The position numbers were made by a program, and so were the translations under genes. A stretch of 64,000 bases of DNA from Alphaproteobacteria bacterium (GTDB lineage Bacteria > Pseudomonadota > Alphaproteobacteria > GCA-2731375): NCBI GenBank assembly GCA_965225945.1, contig CBDDBZ010000038.1, positions 96,001 through 160,000 of the forward strand, in the 5' to 3' direction. The notes below the pieces were generated by a model, which was not told the origin of the DNA, searched no databases, and saw nothing but the letters and a program-made list of their open reading frames with translations. This document shows, piece after piece, positions 52,432 to 62,575 of the stretch (positions are counted from its first letter, which is position 1; each line of letters opens with the position of its first letter).

Positions 52432-53929
52432 GGCCGACCCCCCTCAAGCGGTCGTAGCGGGTGCAATCGGCCACCGGCTCAAAGCGAAGACGCAGGTTCG
52501 CGGGCGTCGGGATCGGCGCCGTCTCGGACGGCTGGCGCCGACGATTGAGGATGTTGAGCACGACGTCGGCGCTGCACACGCCGCCAGCGAGCGCCTCGGC
52601 ACAGGCGGCCTCCACCGCCGCCAGCCCATCCGCCAGCACGGCGGTGAGGATCTCGACCATCTGCCTGTCGCCGTCGTCGTGGCCGGCGAGCCGGACGCGC
52701 ACGCGACCCAGGGCGCCGGGCAGCGCCCAGTCCTTGAACGGCGCGCCGTTACGAAGCGCACCGGGCTTCCTCGCCAGCACGGGCACGTAGTGCCACGGGT
52801 CATAGACGGTCTGGTCGCGGCCGAAGCGCCGGGCATGCTCGGCGACGATCTCGCCGTCCTGGCGGATGACGATGCGATCGGCGTAGGCATGGACCTCGAC
52901 CGGACGGCCGACGGCGCGCGCCGCCACGCTGTACTTGTTGCTGTCGAAGCGCACCAGGCAGGTCTTCGACACCGACGCCGGGACCGCGTGGAAGCCGTCG
53001 AACGGCCCGCGATAGCCGACCAGGGACGGACGCTCGTCCTCGAACACCTGCCAGACAGTCCTGTCCTTGAACACCGGGTGGGGATGACGCCGGGCGTAGG
53101 CGACGCACTGGTCCAAGAGCCAGGCGTTGAGCTCGTCGTAGGTCTTGAAGCGCAGCCGCGGGGTGAAGAACCGACCGCGGATGATCCCGACCTGGTTCTC
53201 GACCTGCCCCTTCTCCCATCCCGCTCCCGGCGTGCATGCTGTCGGTTCGACCAGGTAGTGGCCACACATCTGCACGAAGCGCCGGTTGAACGCGCGCTCC
53301 TTGCCGATGAGGACGGTCTGCACCGCCGTCTTCATGTTGTCGTAGATGCCTCGCCGGCAGGCACCCTGGAACAGCCGGAATGCCCGGTCGTGGGCGTCGA
53401 ACACCATCTCCTGGCTCTCGCGCGGATAAGCGCGGACGAAGAACATTCGGCTGTGGCACAGCCGGACGTGCGCGACCTTGACCTTGGTCGTCACCCCCGC
53501 CAGCACCACGTACTCGTGGCTCCAGTCGAACTGATAGGCCTCGCCCGGCGAGAACACCAACGGCACATAGGTCTGCGCCGTCGATGCCGAACGGCGCCAC
53601 CGCCACGCCTTGGCGTAGCGCCGCACCGCGTCGTAGCCGCCGCCATAGCCCAGACCCTCGAGGGCTTCGGAGATCCGTAGCAGCGTCAGCCGCTCCCGCT
53701 TCGACTTGGTCTCGTTGGCCTCCAGCATCCGCTCCAGCTCGGCCGTCCACGGCCCCAGCTTCGGCATCGGCTGGACCCGCCGGTCGTAGGTGAACGCCGT
53801 CGCCTGCGAACGGATCACCTTGCGCACCGTGTTGCCCGAGACCTTCACGTCCCGCACGATCTCCTTGATCGGCTTCCCCTTGACAAAATACTCCCGCCGG
53901 ATCCGCGCTATCGTCTCCACGACCAACAT
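52418..53929 (-). CDS. istA: IS21 transposase IstA
   Basis: Identical translation to 5765-7276. Confidence 0.95.
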   Translation of the reverse strand: MLVVETIARIRREYFVKGKPIKEIVRDVKVSGNTVRKVIRSQATAFTYDRRVQPMPKLGPWTAELERMLEANETKSKRERLTLLRISEALEGLGYGGGYDAVRRYAKAWRWRRSASTAQTYVPLVFSPGEAYQFDWSHEYVVLAGVTTKVKVAHVRLCHSRMFFVRAYPRESQEMVFDAHDRAFRLFQGACRRGIYDNMKTAVQTVLIGKERAFNRRFVQMCGHYLVEPTACTPGAGWEKGQVENQVGIIRGRFFTPRLRFKTYDELNAWLLDQCVAYARRHPHPVFKDRTVWQVFEDERPSLVGYRGPFDGFHAVPASVSKTCLVRFDSNKYSVAARAVGRPVEVHAYADRIVIRQDGEIVAEHARRFGRDQTVYDPWHYVPVLARKPGALRNGAPFKDWALPGALGRVRVRLAGHDDGDRQMVEILTAVLADGLAAVEAACAEALAGGVCSADVVLNILNRRRQPSETAPIPTPANLRLRFEPVADCTRYDRLRGVGHGAP

Positions 53930-54044
53930 CCCCCACCACCTCGTCCGCCCAAAAACGAGGTGACTTGGACTAGCCAGGCTCAGGGGGTCAAATTTGGACG
54001 CCGATCACCCCTCAACAGGGGTCAACTTTGCACGCCGTTCCACA

Positions 54045-54580
54045 CCCCGGAACGCCGGCCGCCGAGGTAGGCATCGTCCATCTCCACCCGCCCGGTGAGC
54101 GGCAATTTGGCATCGCGCTCGAGCATGGACTGCATCAGTTTCTGCTTGATCTTCCAGGCCGTGGTCTGGGTGACGCCGAGCCGGCGGCCGAGTTCGAGGG
54201 AGGAGATCCCTTTCTTCGATTGGGTCATGTGATAGATCGCCGAGAACCACAGGGTCAGCGCCAGCTTGGTCGCGTGGAAGAGCGTGCCGGCGGTCAGCGA
54301 GACTTGATGACGGCAGGCGGCGCATTGGTAGAGTTTTCGCCCGGCGATCTCGCAATGGCGCGTGGCGCCACATCGGGGCAGGCGAACCCCTCCGGCCAGC
54401 GCCAGCGGAAAAGGGCCTCGCGACACTGCTCCTCGGTACCGTACAACTCACGAAAACGCGGCTCGCTGAGCCCCTTCTGGAACTGAACCTTGTTGCGTGG
54501 CATTGTGAACCTCCAGAAAAACCGCCATTTGTTCACGATTTGTACCACATCAACCCGGCTGAGTAAAGTGCGTAATCAGG
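54045..54580 (-). mobile_element. IS1595 element, 5' half only (same element as 29477-30506)
   Basis: IR ending ...GTAATCAGG at 54580; truncated after DDAYLGGRRSG by IS21. Confidence 0.9.
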
Positions 54581-54673
54581 CAACCATTTGGCGCGGAGCG
54601 TGGCAAGCGATCCATCGGCTCGATTCGTGATAGGATCGGATCGGGCCGGTACACGATGACAGGGGGACATGAA

Positions 54674-55456
54674 ATGGCGATCGACGAGGCACCGGTGGTC
54701 GACGACGTCGCGTTGCGCGAGGAGGTGCGCAAGAAGTATCGCGAGGTGGCGCTCGAACCGAATGGCGAATTCCACTTCCATACCGGGCGGCCGCTGGCCC
54801 GGCGGCTCGGCTACGACGACGCGGTGGTCGACGCGCTGCCGGACGCGGCGGTCGAGTCCTTCGCCGGCGTCGGCAATCCCTTCGCGCACCGCCGCCTCGA
54901 GGCGGGCGAGCGGGTGCTCGACATCGGCTCGGGCGGCGGCTTCGACTGCTTCATCGCCGCCGGCCAGGTCGGCGCCCGGGGCCAGGTCGTCGGCATCGAC
55001 ATGACCGAGGAGATGCTGGCCAAGTCGCGCGCCACGGCCCGCGCGATGGGGCTCGACAGCATCGAATTTCGCGAGGGCCTGATCGAGGAGATGCCGCTCG
55101 AGGACGGCTGGGCGGAGGTGGTGATCTCGAACGGCGTGATCAACCTCTGTCCCGACAAGGCCCGAGTCTTCGCCGAGATCCGCCGGGTGCTCAAGCCGGG
55201 CGGGCATCTGCAATTCGCCGACATCGCCAACGGCCAGCCGGTGCCGGAGGCGGCGATGCAGAACATAGACCTCTGGACCGGCTGAATCGCCGGTGGCCTG
55301 CCGTGCGCGGGCTGGCGGAAGATGCTGGTGGAAAGCGGCTTCGTCGACGTGCTGATCGGCGCGCCGCACGACACCTTCGGTGGTGCCGGCGGCGAGCCCA
55401 ACGCGCGCCGCTTCGAGGTCTACGGCTACGACTTCATCGCCCGGAAGGCAGCCTGA
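54674..55456 (+). CDS. ArsM/AS3MT-like SAM methyltransferase, probable selenoprotein (UGA 55283-55285)
   Basis: ESFAGVGNP, VLDIGSGGGFD, ISNGVINL.PDK, then LWTG-UGA-IAG with 56 further in-frame codons. Confidence 0.85.
55287..55318 (+). promoter_or_regulatory. Bacterial SECIS-like hairpin
   Basis: Stem GGCCTGC/GCGGGCT with loop CGTGC beginning ~16 nt after the UGA; lower stem CGCC/GGCG. Confidence 0.65.
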
Positions 55457-55512
55457 TCGGCGCGGCGCGGGGGCGACGTCGCTGACGACCCGTTCACTTG
55501 AGACGCTTGATC

Positions 55513-56591
55513 ATGCCCCCGACCAACCCCGCCCTCGCCCGCGCCGAGGCCTTTTGCGCCAGCCACGAGATCAGCGCGCCCATTTTGATGGCGCCGATGG
55601 CCGGCGCCTGTCCGGCCTCGCTCGCCATCGCCGTCGCCAACGCGGGCGGCCTCGGCGGCTGCGGCGCGCTGCTGATGACGCCGGAAGCCATCGGCGCCTG
55701 GGTCCGCGAGATGCGCGCCGGCAGCAACGGCGGCTTCCAGCTCAACCTTTGGATCCCCGATCCCGAGCCGGCGCGCGACGCGGCGGCGGAGGGGGCGGTG
55801 CGCGGCTTTCTCGGGCAATGGGGACCGGAGGTCGAGCCGGCGGCCGGCGACGCGAGACCGTACGACTTCACAGGCCAATGCGAGGTGATGCTGGAAGCCG
55901 GCCCCCCGATCATCTCCTCGATCATGGGGCTCTATCCGCCGCCCTTCGTCGAGGAGATGAAGGCGCGGGGCATCAAATGGTTCGCCAACGTGACCACCCT
56001 CGCGGAGGCGCTGGCGGCCGAGGCGGCTGGGGCCGAGGCCGTCGTCGCCCAGGGCATGGAGGCGGGCGGCCATCGCGGCGCCTTCGATGCGGCGGGCGCG
56101 GAGGCGCGCATGGTCGGCCTCTTCTCGCTGCTGCCGCAGGTCGTGGACGCGGTGGACGTGCCGGTGATCGCGACCGGCGGCATCGCCGATGCGCGCGGCG
56201 TCGCGGCGGCCCTGCTGCTGGGCGCATCCGCCGCCCAGGTCGGCACCGGCCTACTGCGCGCCCCCGAGGCCGAGCTCGCACCCGCCTGGGCCGCGGCGCT
56301 TCGCACCGCGCGGCCGGAGGAGACCCTGGTGACACGGCCTTTTCCGGCCGGCCGGGGCGTAGCCTCGCCACCGCCTACGCCCGCGCGGCGGCGACGCCCG
56401 AGGCGCCCGCGCCCGCGCCCTACCCAGTGCAGCGCGGCCTGACGAAAGCGATGCGGGACGCCGCGGCCGAGTCCGGCGACATCGAGCGCATGCAGGCCTG
56501 GGCCGGCCAGTCCGCCGGCCTGGCGCCCGCGCGCCCCGCCGGCGAGATCGTCCGCGACCTCTGGGAAGGTGCCCGCGCCCTGCTGGCCTGA
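55513..56591 (+). CDS. Nitronate monooxygenase family protein, frameshifted near 56337 (pseudogene or sequencing indel)
   Basis: PILMAPMAG, QGMEAGGHRG, IATGGIAD; C-terminus AFSGRPGRS..PYPVQRGLT..WAGQS in another frame. Confidence 0.85.
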
Positions 56592-56699
56592 GCGGGTGGT
56601 TCCGTCAGGTCGGAGGGTCCAGGCGGAATTGACACCGGGATAATCAGCGATCGAGGGACCAGACGCGATCAGGGGTTGGAATTGTCGTCGTCCGAGTCG

Positions 56700-57473
56700 T
56701 CAATCCGACGGCGCGGCGCTCTCCTCGGCTTCGGCCAGTTCGGCCGGCTTCGAGCCCAGGATGGCGTTCACCGCGTCGACGACCTCATCGTCGACGACCG
56801 CGTCGTGGACCTCCTTGTTGGTGATCTGGCCCAGTATTGCCGCCAAGGTGGCCCGTTCGTCAACGGTGAGCGCCGGGTCTTCCGTGAGGTCATTGACGGT
56901 GAGGTCGTTCAGGGCCCGCGCGTAATCCGCGATCAAGCCGACCATGGAGGTCGGCGCGGCGTTCTGCATCGCCGTCACCGAGGCATGCGCCGCGTTCAAA
57001 TTGCCGAGCTGGCTGGCGATGGCGCCATGGTTGTCGTGCGCTTCCTCGGAATGTGCGTGCCCGTTGCCGTGCCCGTGGCCGTGCCCGTGGCCGTGCCCGT
57101 TGCCGTGACCGTTGCCGTGACCGTTGCCGTGACCGTGCTCCTGTCCATGACCCTGCCCGTTGCCGTGGCCGCTACTGGCCGTGTCCGGACCCTGGCCGAC
57201 GCCATTGGCACCTGCATTGCCGCGCCCACCGCCGTGGCCATTGCCATGGCCACCGCCCTGGCCGCCAGCGTTTTCGCTACCGCCACCGTTGCCGTGGCCG
57301 CCGGCGTTTTCGCTACCGCCGCCGCCGCCTCCACCGCCCCTGGCTTCGGCCGTGGCGATGTCGAGGGTGAGGCCGGAAGGCGCCGCATGCACCAGGTATG
57401 CCCCGCCGGCGATGGCCAGCGCGCAGGTCGCGCGAAGCAGCAGCGAACGAAACTCTCGGAGCCGGGTAGACAT
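56700..57473 (-). CDS. Secreted Gly/His/Asn-rich protein with an acidic C-terminal domain
   Basis: Signal-like N-terminus, (GHGN)n/(GH)n tract, LGNLNAAHAS motif. Confidence 0.75.
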   Translation of the reverse strand: MSTRLREFRSLLLRATCALAIAGGAYLVHAAPSGLTLDIATAEARGGGGGGGGSENAGGHGNGGGSENAGGQGGGHGNGHGGGRGNAGANGVGQGPDTASSGHGNGQGHGQEHGHGNGHGNGHGNGHGHGHGHGHGNGHAHSEEAHDNHGAIASQLGNLNAAHASVTAMQNAAPTSMVGLIADYARALNDLTVNDLTEDPALTVDERATLAAILGQITNKEVHDAVVDDEVVDAVNAILGSKPAELAEAEESAAPSD

Positions 57474-57502
57474 GGCGAATTCACCTTTCCAAGCAAATCC
57501 TA

Positions 57503-57536
57503 AAGGTCAATATGACCTCAAGGTCAATATGACCTC
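57503..57536. promoter_or_regulatory. Two tandem copies of the palindrome AGGTCA-ATA-TGACCT
   Basis: aaggtcaatatgacctc x2, 30 bp upstream of the His-rich gene. Confidence 0.5.
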
Positions 57537-57547
57537 CGCGCGCGAAT

Positions 57548-57962
57548 AAATCATCCCCCAAACGGGTGAATCGGCGGCGACCGCTTCGATCGCGCCGAAA
57601 CATGATCTAGGGTCGATTGGGGCGCAAGGCCGGCGCCGACAGTGACGGCCGTCACCGCCGCCGCGCGCCCGCATCTGCATGTGCAGACGGTGAACAGCCG
57701 CCACAGCCGGTTGAAGGACTTCCTGCGTCCCCGCCGCGGCATCGCCACCCGCTATCTGGACAACTACCTGAGCTGGTTCCACCTCGTCGGCCTCGCCCCC
57801 GGCGCCAATGACCGAGCCTGCCTCGCCGCCGCCGTAACAAGGTGACGCATACAATTCACGCATTGAGCCTAAATCATCCCCCAAACGGGTGAATCGGCGG
57901 CGACCGCTTCGATCGCGCCGAAACATGTCCCGGCGCCGACAGTGACGGCCGTCACCGCCGCC
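57548..57962. repeat. Direct repeats flanking an IS1595-family 3' remnant (~57670-57869)
   Basis: taaatcatccccc..gccgaaacatg at 57548 and 57870; HVQTVNSRHSRLKDFL...GIATRYLDNYLSWF between them. Confidence 0.75.
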
Positions 57963-58040
57963 CGCCCGCGCGGCGCGCAGCTCCGCCCGATCCCGACCCT
58001 CGCCCCCCACGTTGCCGCCGGAAATCGACTCCGCCAGGCC

Positions 58041-58799
58041 TCACGTCTTGCGGAAGACGGCGCTCGCCAGCCAGCCGGAGAGCAGCGCGATCACGATCGC
58101 CAACACGCCGTAGGCCGCCGCCTGACGGTGGGCGAAGTCGTAGACCTTGGCGCCGATGCCGATCCTGGAGACGACCAGGGGGATGGTCTGGGCGTTGACG
58201 ACGTTGCCCGCCCGCAACAGATAGACCGTCACCGTGTAAGTCCCCGTCGGCACGTTCGAGGGGAAAGTGACCCGGGTCCGGAATAGGTTTTCGCCCAGGA
58301 AGGTGACCGCGCCGGCCTCGGCGCCGAAGACGCCGAGACGGGCCTTGTTGCGCAGCAGCGCCCGGTGGAATTCCTCCGACGAGACGCCGGTGCCGGCGGC
58401 GGCGGCACGGAAACGTAGATTGGCGAGCCCGATCTGGTGGCTGGCAAGTGCGTCGTCGGCCTTCAGATCGGCGAGCGGCCGGCTGCTCGCGACCTTGTAG
58501 AAGCTCGGCACGCCCTCGAAGGTGAAGGCATCGCTATTGACCCAAATCCCGACGGCTGAGCGCACCTTGCGACGGATCGTCGCCGGCCCGTCGGGCCCCC
58601 GGACGACGACGATCACATCGCCTTCGTCCCGTGTCGCGCCGAACAGGAGCAGCTCCGTCCCCGAAAACCCGGTCGAGACCTTGACCAGGTGGCTGGAGAG
58701 GTCGGCGACCAGCACCTGAGCGACGGCGACGCCGGCCGAGCTGGCCGAGAGCAGTGCCGCGACCCCGAGGCGGAGGGCGATCCGGCGGAGCCGTCTCAT
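58041..58799 (-). CDS. TIGR02186 family membrane protein
   Basis: LVADLS..V.VSTGFSGTELLLFGA, GIWVN, LFRT...FPSNVPTG; coupled to the TauE gene. Confidence 0.88.
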   Translation of the reverse strand: MRRLRRIALRLGVAALLSASSAGVAVAQVLVADLSSHLVKVSTGFSGTELLLFGATRDEGDVIVVVRGPDGPATIRRKVRSAVGIWVNSDAFTFEGVPSFYKVASSRPLADLKADDALASHQIGLANLRFRAAAAGTGVSSEEFHRALLRNKARLGVFGAEAGAVTFLGENLFRTRVTFPSNVPTGTYTVTVYLLRAGNVVNAQTIPLVVSRIGIGAKVYDFAHRQAAAYGVLAIVIALLSGWLASAVFRKT

Positions 58800-59716
58800 G
58801 GCGCCACCAGAGAGACCAGGGTGAAGGCGTCGGCCGGGGTCGCGAACAGGCGATAGCCGAGGATCGTGCAAACCGCCAGCACCAGCACGGCCAGCAGGCT
58901 GCGCAACTGTTCGCCTTGCAGCGCCACGCTCGCCCGCGTGCCGACCTGGGCCCCGACCACGCCGCCGACGAGAAGCACCAGCGCCAGCAGGATGTCCACG
59001 GTTTGGTTCTGCCAGGCCTGCAGGAAGGTGACGTTGGCGGTGACGAAGACGATCTGGAACAGCGAGGTGCCGATCACGACCGAGGTCGGCATGCCGAGCA
59101 GGTAGATCATCGCCGGCACCATGACGAAGCCACCGCCGACGCCCATGATCGCCGCGAGGACGCCGACGAAGACGCCGATGCCGAGCGGCAGAAGCGCGCT
59201 GATATAAAGCTTCGAGCGGCGGAACCGCATCTTGAACGGCAGGCCGTGCAGCCAATTGTGCTGGTGCAGCTTGCGCCGAGGGCCACCCGGATGCTTGCGC
59301 CGACGCATCGCGCGCAGGCTCTCGACCAACATCAAGCCGCCGATGGAGCCGAGGAAGACCACGTAGGCGAGCGAAATCACCAAGTCGATCTGTCCGAGAT
59401 CGCGCAGGAACTTGAAGAGCTGAACACCCAGGGTCGAGCCGATCAGGCCGCCGACCAGCAGGACGCTGCCCATCTTGATGTCGACGTTGTTGCGCCGCCA
59501 ATGGGCGATGGCGCCGGAGACCGAGGAGGCGACGATGTGATTGGCCTCGGTGCCGACGGCGATCGCCGGCGAGACGCCGTTCAGGATCAACAGCGGTGTC
59601 ATCAGGAATCCGCCGCCGACACCGAACAGACCCGAGAGGAAGCCGACACCGCCGCCCATGGCGAGCAGCAGGAACACATTCAGAGAAAGCTCGGCGATCG
59701 GCAGGTAGATCTGCAT
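58796..59716 (-). CDS. TauE/SafE family sulfite exporter
   Basis: MQIYLPIAE, GLFGVGGGFLMTP, IMGVGGGF, GTSLFQI. Confidence 0.92.
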   Translation of the reverse strand: MQIYLPIAELSLNVFLLLAMGGGVGFLSGLFGVGGGFLMTPLLILNGVSPAIAVGTEANHIVASSVSGAIAHWRRNNVDIKMGSVLLVGGLIGSTLGVQLFKFLRDLGQIDLVISLAYVVFLGSIGGLMLVESLRAMRRRKHPGGPRRKLHQHNWLHGLPFKMRFRRSKLYISALLPLGIGVFVGVLAAIMGVGGGFVMVPAMIYLLGMPTSVVIGTSLFQIVFVTANVTFLQAWQNQTVDILLALVLLVGGVVGAQVGTRASVALQGEQLRSLLAVLVLAVCTILGYRLFATPADAFTLVSLVAP

Positions 59717-59993
59717 CGAAGCACAGCCCGATGTTCGAACCAGGGACGCCGTCCGATTCCGGCGTGGACATCGGCACACATCATGGCGAGGACGCGCGAG
59801 GGACCGAAGGCGACGAGGAGGGCATCAATATCACTTGTCGGGCGCCGGTCAATAGGACCCTCGGCAACGAAGCGGAACTCATGCCAACCGCCCCGGGTGG
59901 CGGCTCCCCGTGCCGCCCTGCTTCCCCGATCGTCTCGCCGGGCCAAACCACCCAGGTAAGGCACCCTCGCGGGTGGCTGGGAGGGGCAGGGGT

Positions 59994-60293
59994 TCAGTCC
60001 GGGAACAACTCCTGCAAGGTCGCCATCATCGTCGGCACCTTATCGCTGACCAAGTGATAGTAAATGTTCTGCGCCTTTCGCCGCGTGCCGACGATGTTGT
60101 CGCGCCGCAGACGCGCAAGGTGCTGCGAAAGCGCGGACTGGCTGATCCCGATCATGTCCTCCAGTTGGCCGACGGATTTCTCCCCGCCGATCAGGTGACA
60201 AAGGATCAACAGTCGGCGCTCGTTGCTCATCGCCTTCAGGATGACGGTCGCCGCCCGTGAGTTGCGATGAATCTTTGCAATGTCGATATTCAC
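59994..60293 (-). CDS. ArsR/SmtB regulator (BigR/SqrR-like)
   Basis: LKAMSNERRLLILCHL, SQSALSQHLARLR, TRRKAQNIYY. Confidence 0.88.
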   Translation of the reverse strand: MNIDIAKIHRNSRAATVILKAMSNERRLLILCHLIGGEKSVGQLEDMIGISQSALSQHLARLRRDNIVGTRRKAQNIYYHLVSDKVPTMMATLQELFPD

Positions 60294-60425
60294 GTCTCGT
60301 TATCTCCTGGTTCGGAAGCCCCTGGGCCGGTCGCCTCGCTTTCGGATTATCTAATACACCATTCGCCGATGTCTATCGCGACAAGACGTCTCGCTCGACC
60401 GATCGAGAGGAGAATTGCCTTCCGC

Positions 60426-61172
60426 TCAACCGATTTCGGCCAGAATGGGGAAACTCTCGATCAAATAGAAACCAATGATCTCGAAATAATTGAATACGAA
60501 CAACAGGCCGGTCAGAACGAGAAGCCCGCCGATCGACATTTCGACTTTCCGCAGGTGGCGGCGGAAACGCCGCATCCATCCGAGGAAGGGGCCCGCCGCG
60601 ACCGCCGCGATCAGGAACGGAACGCCGATGCCGGCGGCGTAGACGAAGAGCAGCGAGGTCCCGTAGGCCAGCGAATCGCTTTGCGCCGCCACCGTCAGGA
60701 TCGTCGCCAGCACCGGCCCGATGCAGGGTGTCCAGCCGAAGGCGAAGGCGAGGCCGATGACGAAGGCGCCGAGCAGGCCGGCGGGCTTTCGCTCCAGATG
60801 TACCCGGGCCTCCCGGTTGAAGAGGCTGACGCGAAGCAAGCCCATGAAATGCAGGCCGAACAATATGATCAGGACGCCGGCGATTCGCCCGAGGATGTCC
60901 TTGTGCTCGAGGATCAGACCGCTGAGCGCCGAGGCGGAGGCGCCGAAGGCGACGAAGACGAGCGAAAAACCGACCACGAAGGCGAGCGCGGCCATGGTGA
61001 CGCGCCACGAGCGCACGGCCCGCCCGTCTTCCGTCCGCGCCGTCAACTCCTCCAGCGACACGCCACCGAGGAAGCAAAGATAGGCCGGCACCAACGGCAG
61101 CACGCAGGGCGAGAGGAAGCTGAGCAACCCGGCCCCGGCCGCGCCGGCGTAGGAGATGTCGATCACGGCCAT
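60426..61172 (-). CDS. Cytochrome c biogenesis CcdA / SoxV-like protein
   Basis: SFLSPCVLPLVPAY, FGWTPCIGPVL. Confidence 0.92.
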   Translation of the reverse strand: MAVIDISYAGAAGAGLLSFLSPCVLPLVPAYLCFLGGVSLEELTARTEDGRAVRSWRVTMAALAFVVGFSLVFVAFGASASALSGLILEHKDILGRIAGVLIILFGLHFMGLLRVSLFNREARVHLERKPAGLLGAFVIGLAFAFGWTPCIGPVLATILTVAAQSDSLAYGTSLLFVYAAGIGVPFLIAAVAAGPFLGWMRRFRRHLRKVEMSIGGLLVLTGLLFVFNYFEIIGFYLIESFPILAEIG

Positions 61173-61322
61173 CGTGGCCCGCCCACCTTTCTTCCAGCCA
61201 CCTTTCTTCTAGACTGACCTGAGTATGGGGTCGCCGCGGCCTCGTCGCCACCCCTCAAAGGGCATGGAGGGCGGTGTTCACGGCCATTTGACGCGCCGTT
61301 GATGGCGCGACGCGAGGTCGCC

Positions 61323-61580
61323 ATGGTGGATCGAACGCTCAACGCCGAAGGCCTGCTTTGCCCGCTACCGGTGCTGCGCGCGCGTAAGGCGTTGGCCGAG
61401 ATGGAGGCCGGCGCCGTGCTGGAGGTGCGCGCCACCGATCCCGGCGCGCGTAAGGATTTCGAGGCCTTCGCCGAGGCGGCGGGACATGACCTGTTGCGGA
61501 GCGACGAGGCCGACGGGGTGCTGATCTTCCATCTGCGGAAGGCGTCCCCGCCGTCGTCGGCTCCGCGTATTTCCCCGTGA
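61323..61580 (+). CDS. TusA family sulfur carrier
   Basis: GLLCPLPVLRARKAL, ATDPGA..DF. Confidence 0.9.
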   Translation: MVDRTLNAEGLLCPLPVLRARKALAEMEAGAVLEVRATDPGARKDFEAFAEAAGHDLLRSDEADGVLIFHLRKASPPSSAPRISP

Positions 61581-61659
61581 CCCGGCCACCGGCTTGGCGC
61601 TATATCTCGCGGCTCACCAAGCGTGCCCGCTCCCGGGCGGCGCTGCAGCAGACCTCTCC

Positions 61660-61942
61660 AGTGGATAGAATCCAACATATGGTACCCCTACGATCCCATA
61701 TCCTGGTTTCTCGCCAGGAGGGCGCCCGCCGGCGATGCCGGGGCATCGTCAAGGGTGCCCGACGCCCCGAGAAGCCAGGATTTGGGAGAAGCCAGGATAT
61801 GGTACCCGAAGGGCGGCTTCCCGAGCCCGCCGGACGCGTTGCCCGGCGCTTGTGATGCGCCCGCATCACGGCGCACCGGGCGCCTTTCCGGACGAGCTCG
61901 GGAAACCGTCGTAGGGGTACCATATGTTGGATTCTATCCACT
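61660..61942. mobile_element. 283-bp MITE-like element with 34-bp perfect terminal inverted repeats
   Basis: agtggatagaatccaacatatggtacccctacga (61660-61693) inverted at 61909-61942. Confidence 0.7.
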
Positions 61943-61965
61943 AGCCCTCGCGGAGGGATACGATC

Positions 61966-62187
61966 GTGGCCGAAACGCGCGTCAAGTCGGAGATCGCGGG
62001 CAAGGTTTGGCAGATCGAGGCCTCGCCCGGCGACCGCCTCGAGGAAGAGGATCCCATCATCATTCTCGAATCGATGAAGATGGAGATACCCGTGGCCGCG
62101 CCGATCGAGGGCACCTTGCGACAGATTCTCGTCAGCGAAGGCGATTCCGTCCAGGAAGGCCAAGACGTCGCGATCATGGACACTTGA
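61966..62187 (+). CDS. Stand-alone biotin carboxyl carrier domain protein
   Basis: ILESMKMEIPV biotinylation motif. Confidence 0.9.
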   Translation: MAETRVKSEIAGKVWQIEASPGDRLEEEDPIIILESMKMEIPVAAPIEGTLRQILVSEGDSVQEGQDVAIMDT

Positions 62188-62206
62188 TGGCCGAAGGGAT
62201 CGAAGT

Positions 62207-62575
62207 TCACTCGCCGATGAAACGACGCACGGTCTCCAAGAAGGTCTTGACCGAGATCGGCTTGGCGAGATAGGCCTCGCATCCCCCCTCGCGAATTTGT
62301 TCCTCGTCGCCCTTCATCGCGAAGGCGGTGATCGCCACGACGGGCGTCGACTTCAATTCGTCGTCCTCCTTCAGCCACTTGGTGACCTCCAGACCGGAGA
62401 TCTGCGGCAACTGGATATCCATCAGGATCAGGTCCGGGCGATACCGCCTGGCCATCGAAAGCGCCTCCAGGCCGTCCCCGGTCTGCAGCGTCTCGTAGCC
62501 ATGCGCCTCCAGAAGGTCGTTGAACAGCTTCATGTTGAGGGCGTTGTCCTCGACGATAAGCACGACCTTGGCCAT
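62207..62575 (-). CDS. divK: Single-domain response regulator DivK
   Basis: [60 protein letters not shown]. Confidence 0.93.
   Translation of the reverse strand: MAKVVLIVEDNALNMKLFNDLLEAHGYETLQTGDGLEALSMARRYRPDLILMDIQLPQISGLEVTKWLKEDDELKSTPVVAITAFAMKGDEEQIREGGCEAYLAKPISVKTFLETVRRFIGE

Larger units (their letters stand above)
51500..54044 (-). mobile_element. IS21 family element, copy 2 (inverted relative to copy 1)
   Basis: Same length and ends as 5650-8194; one synonymous SNP noticed. Confidence 0.95.

Noticed and set aside
5650-54044. Past inversion between the two IS21 copies explaining the missing target duplications
   Set aside because: Swapping flanks does not produce matching direct repeats.
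56330-56345. Programmed frameshift in nitronate monooxygenase
   Set aside because: A single-base loss in a short G/C run with no recognisable slippery site; likely an indel error or recent pseudogenisation.
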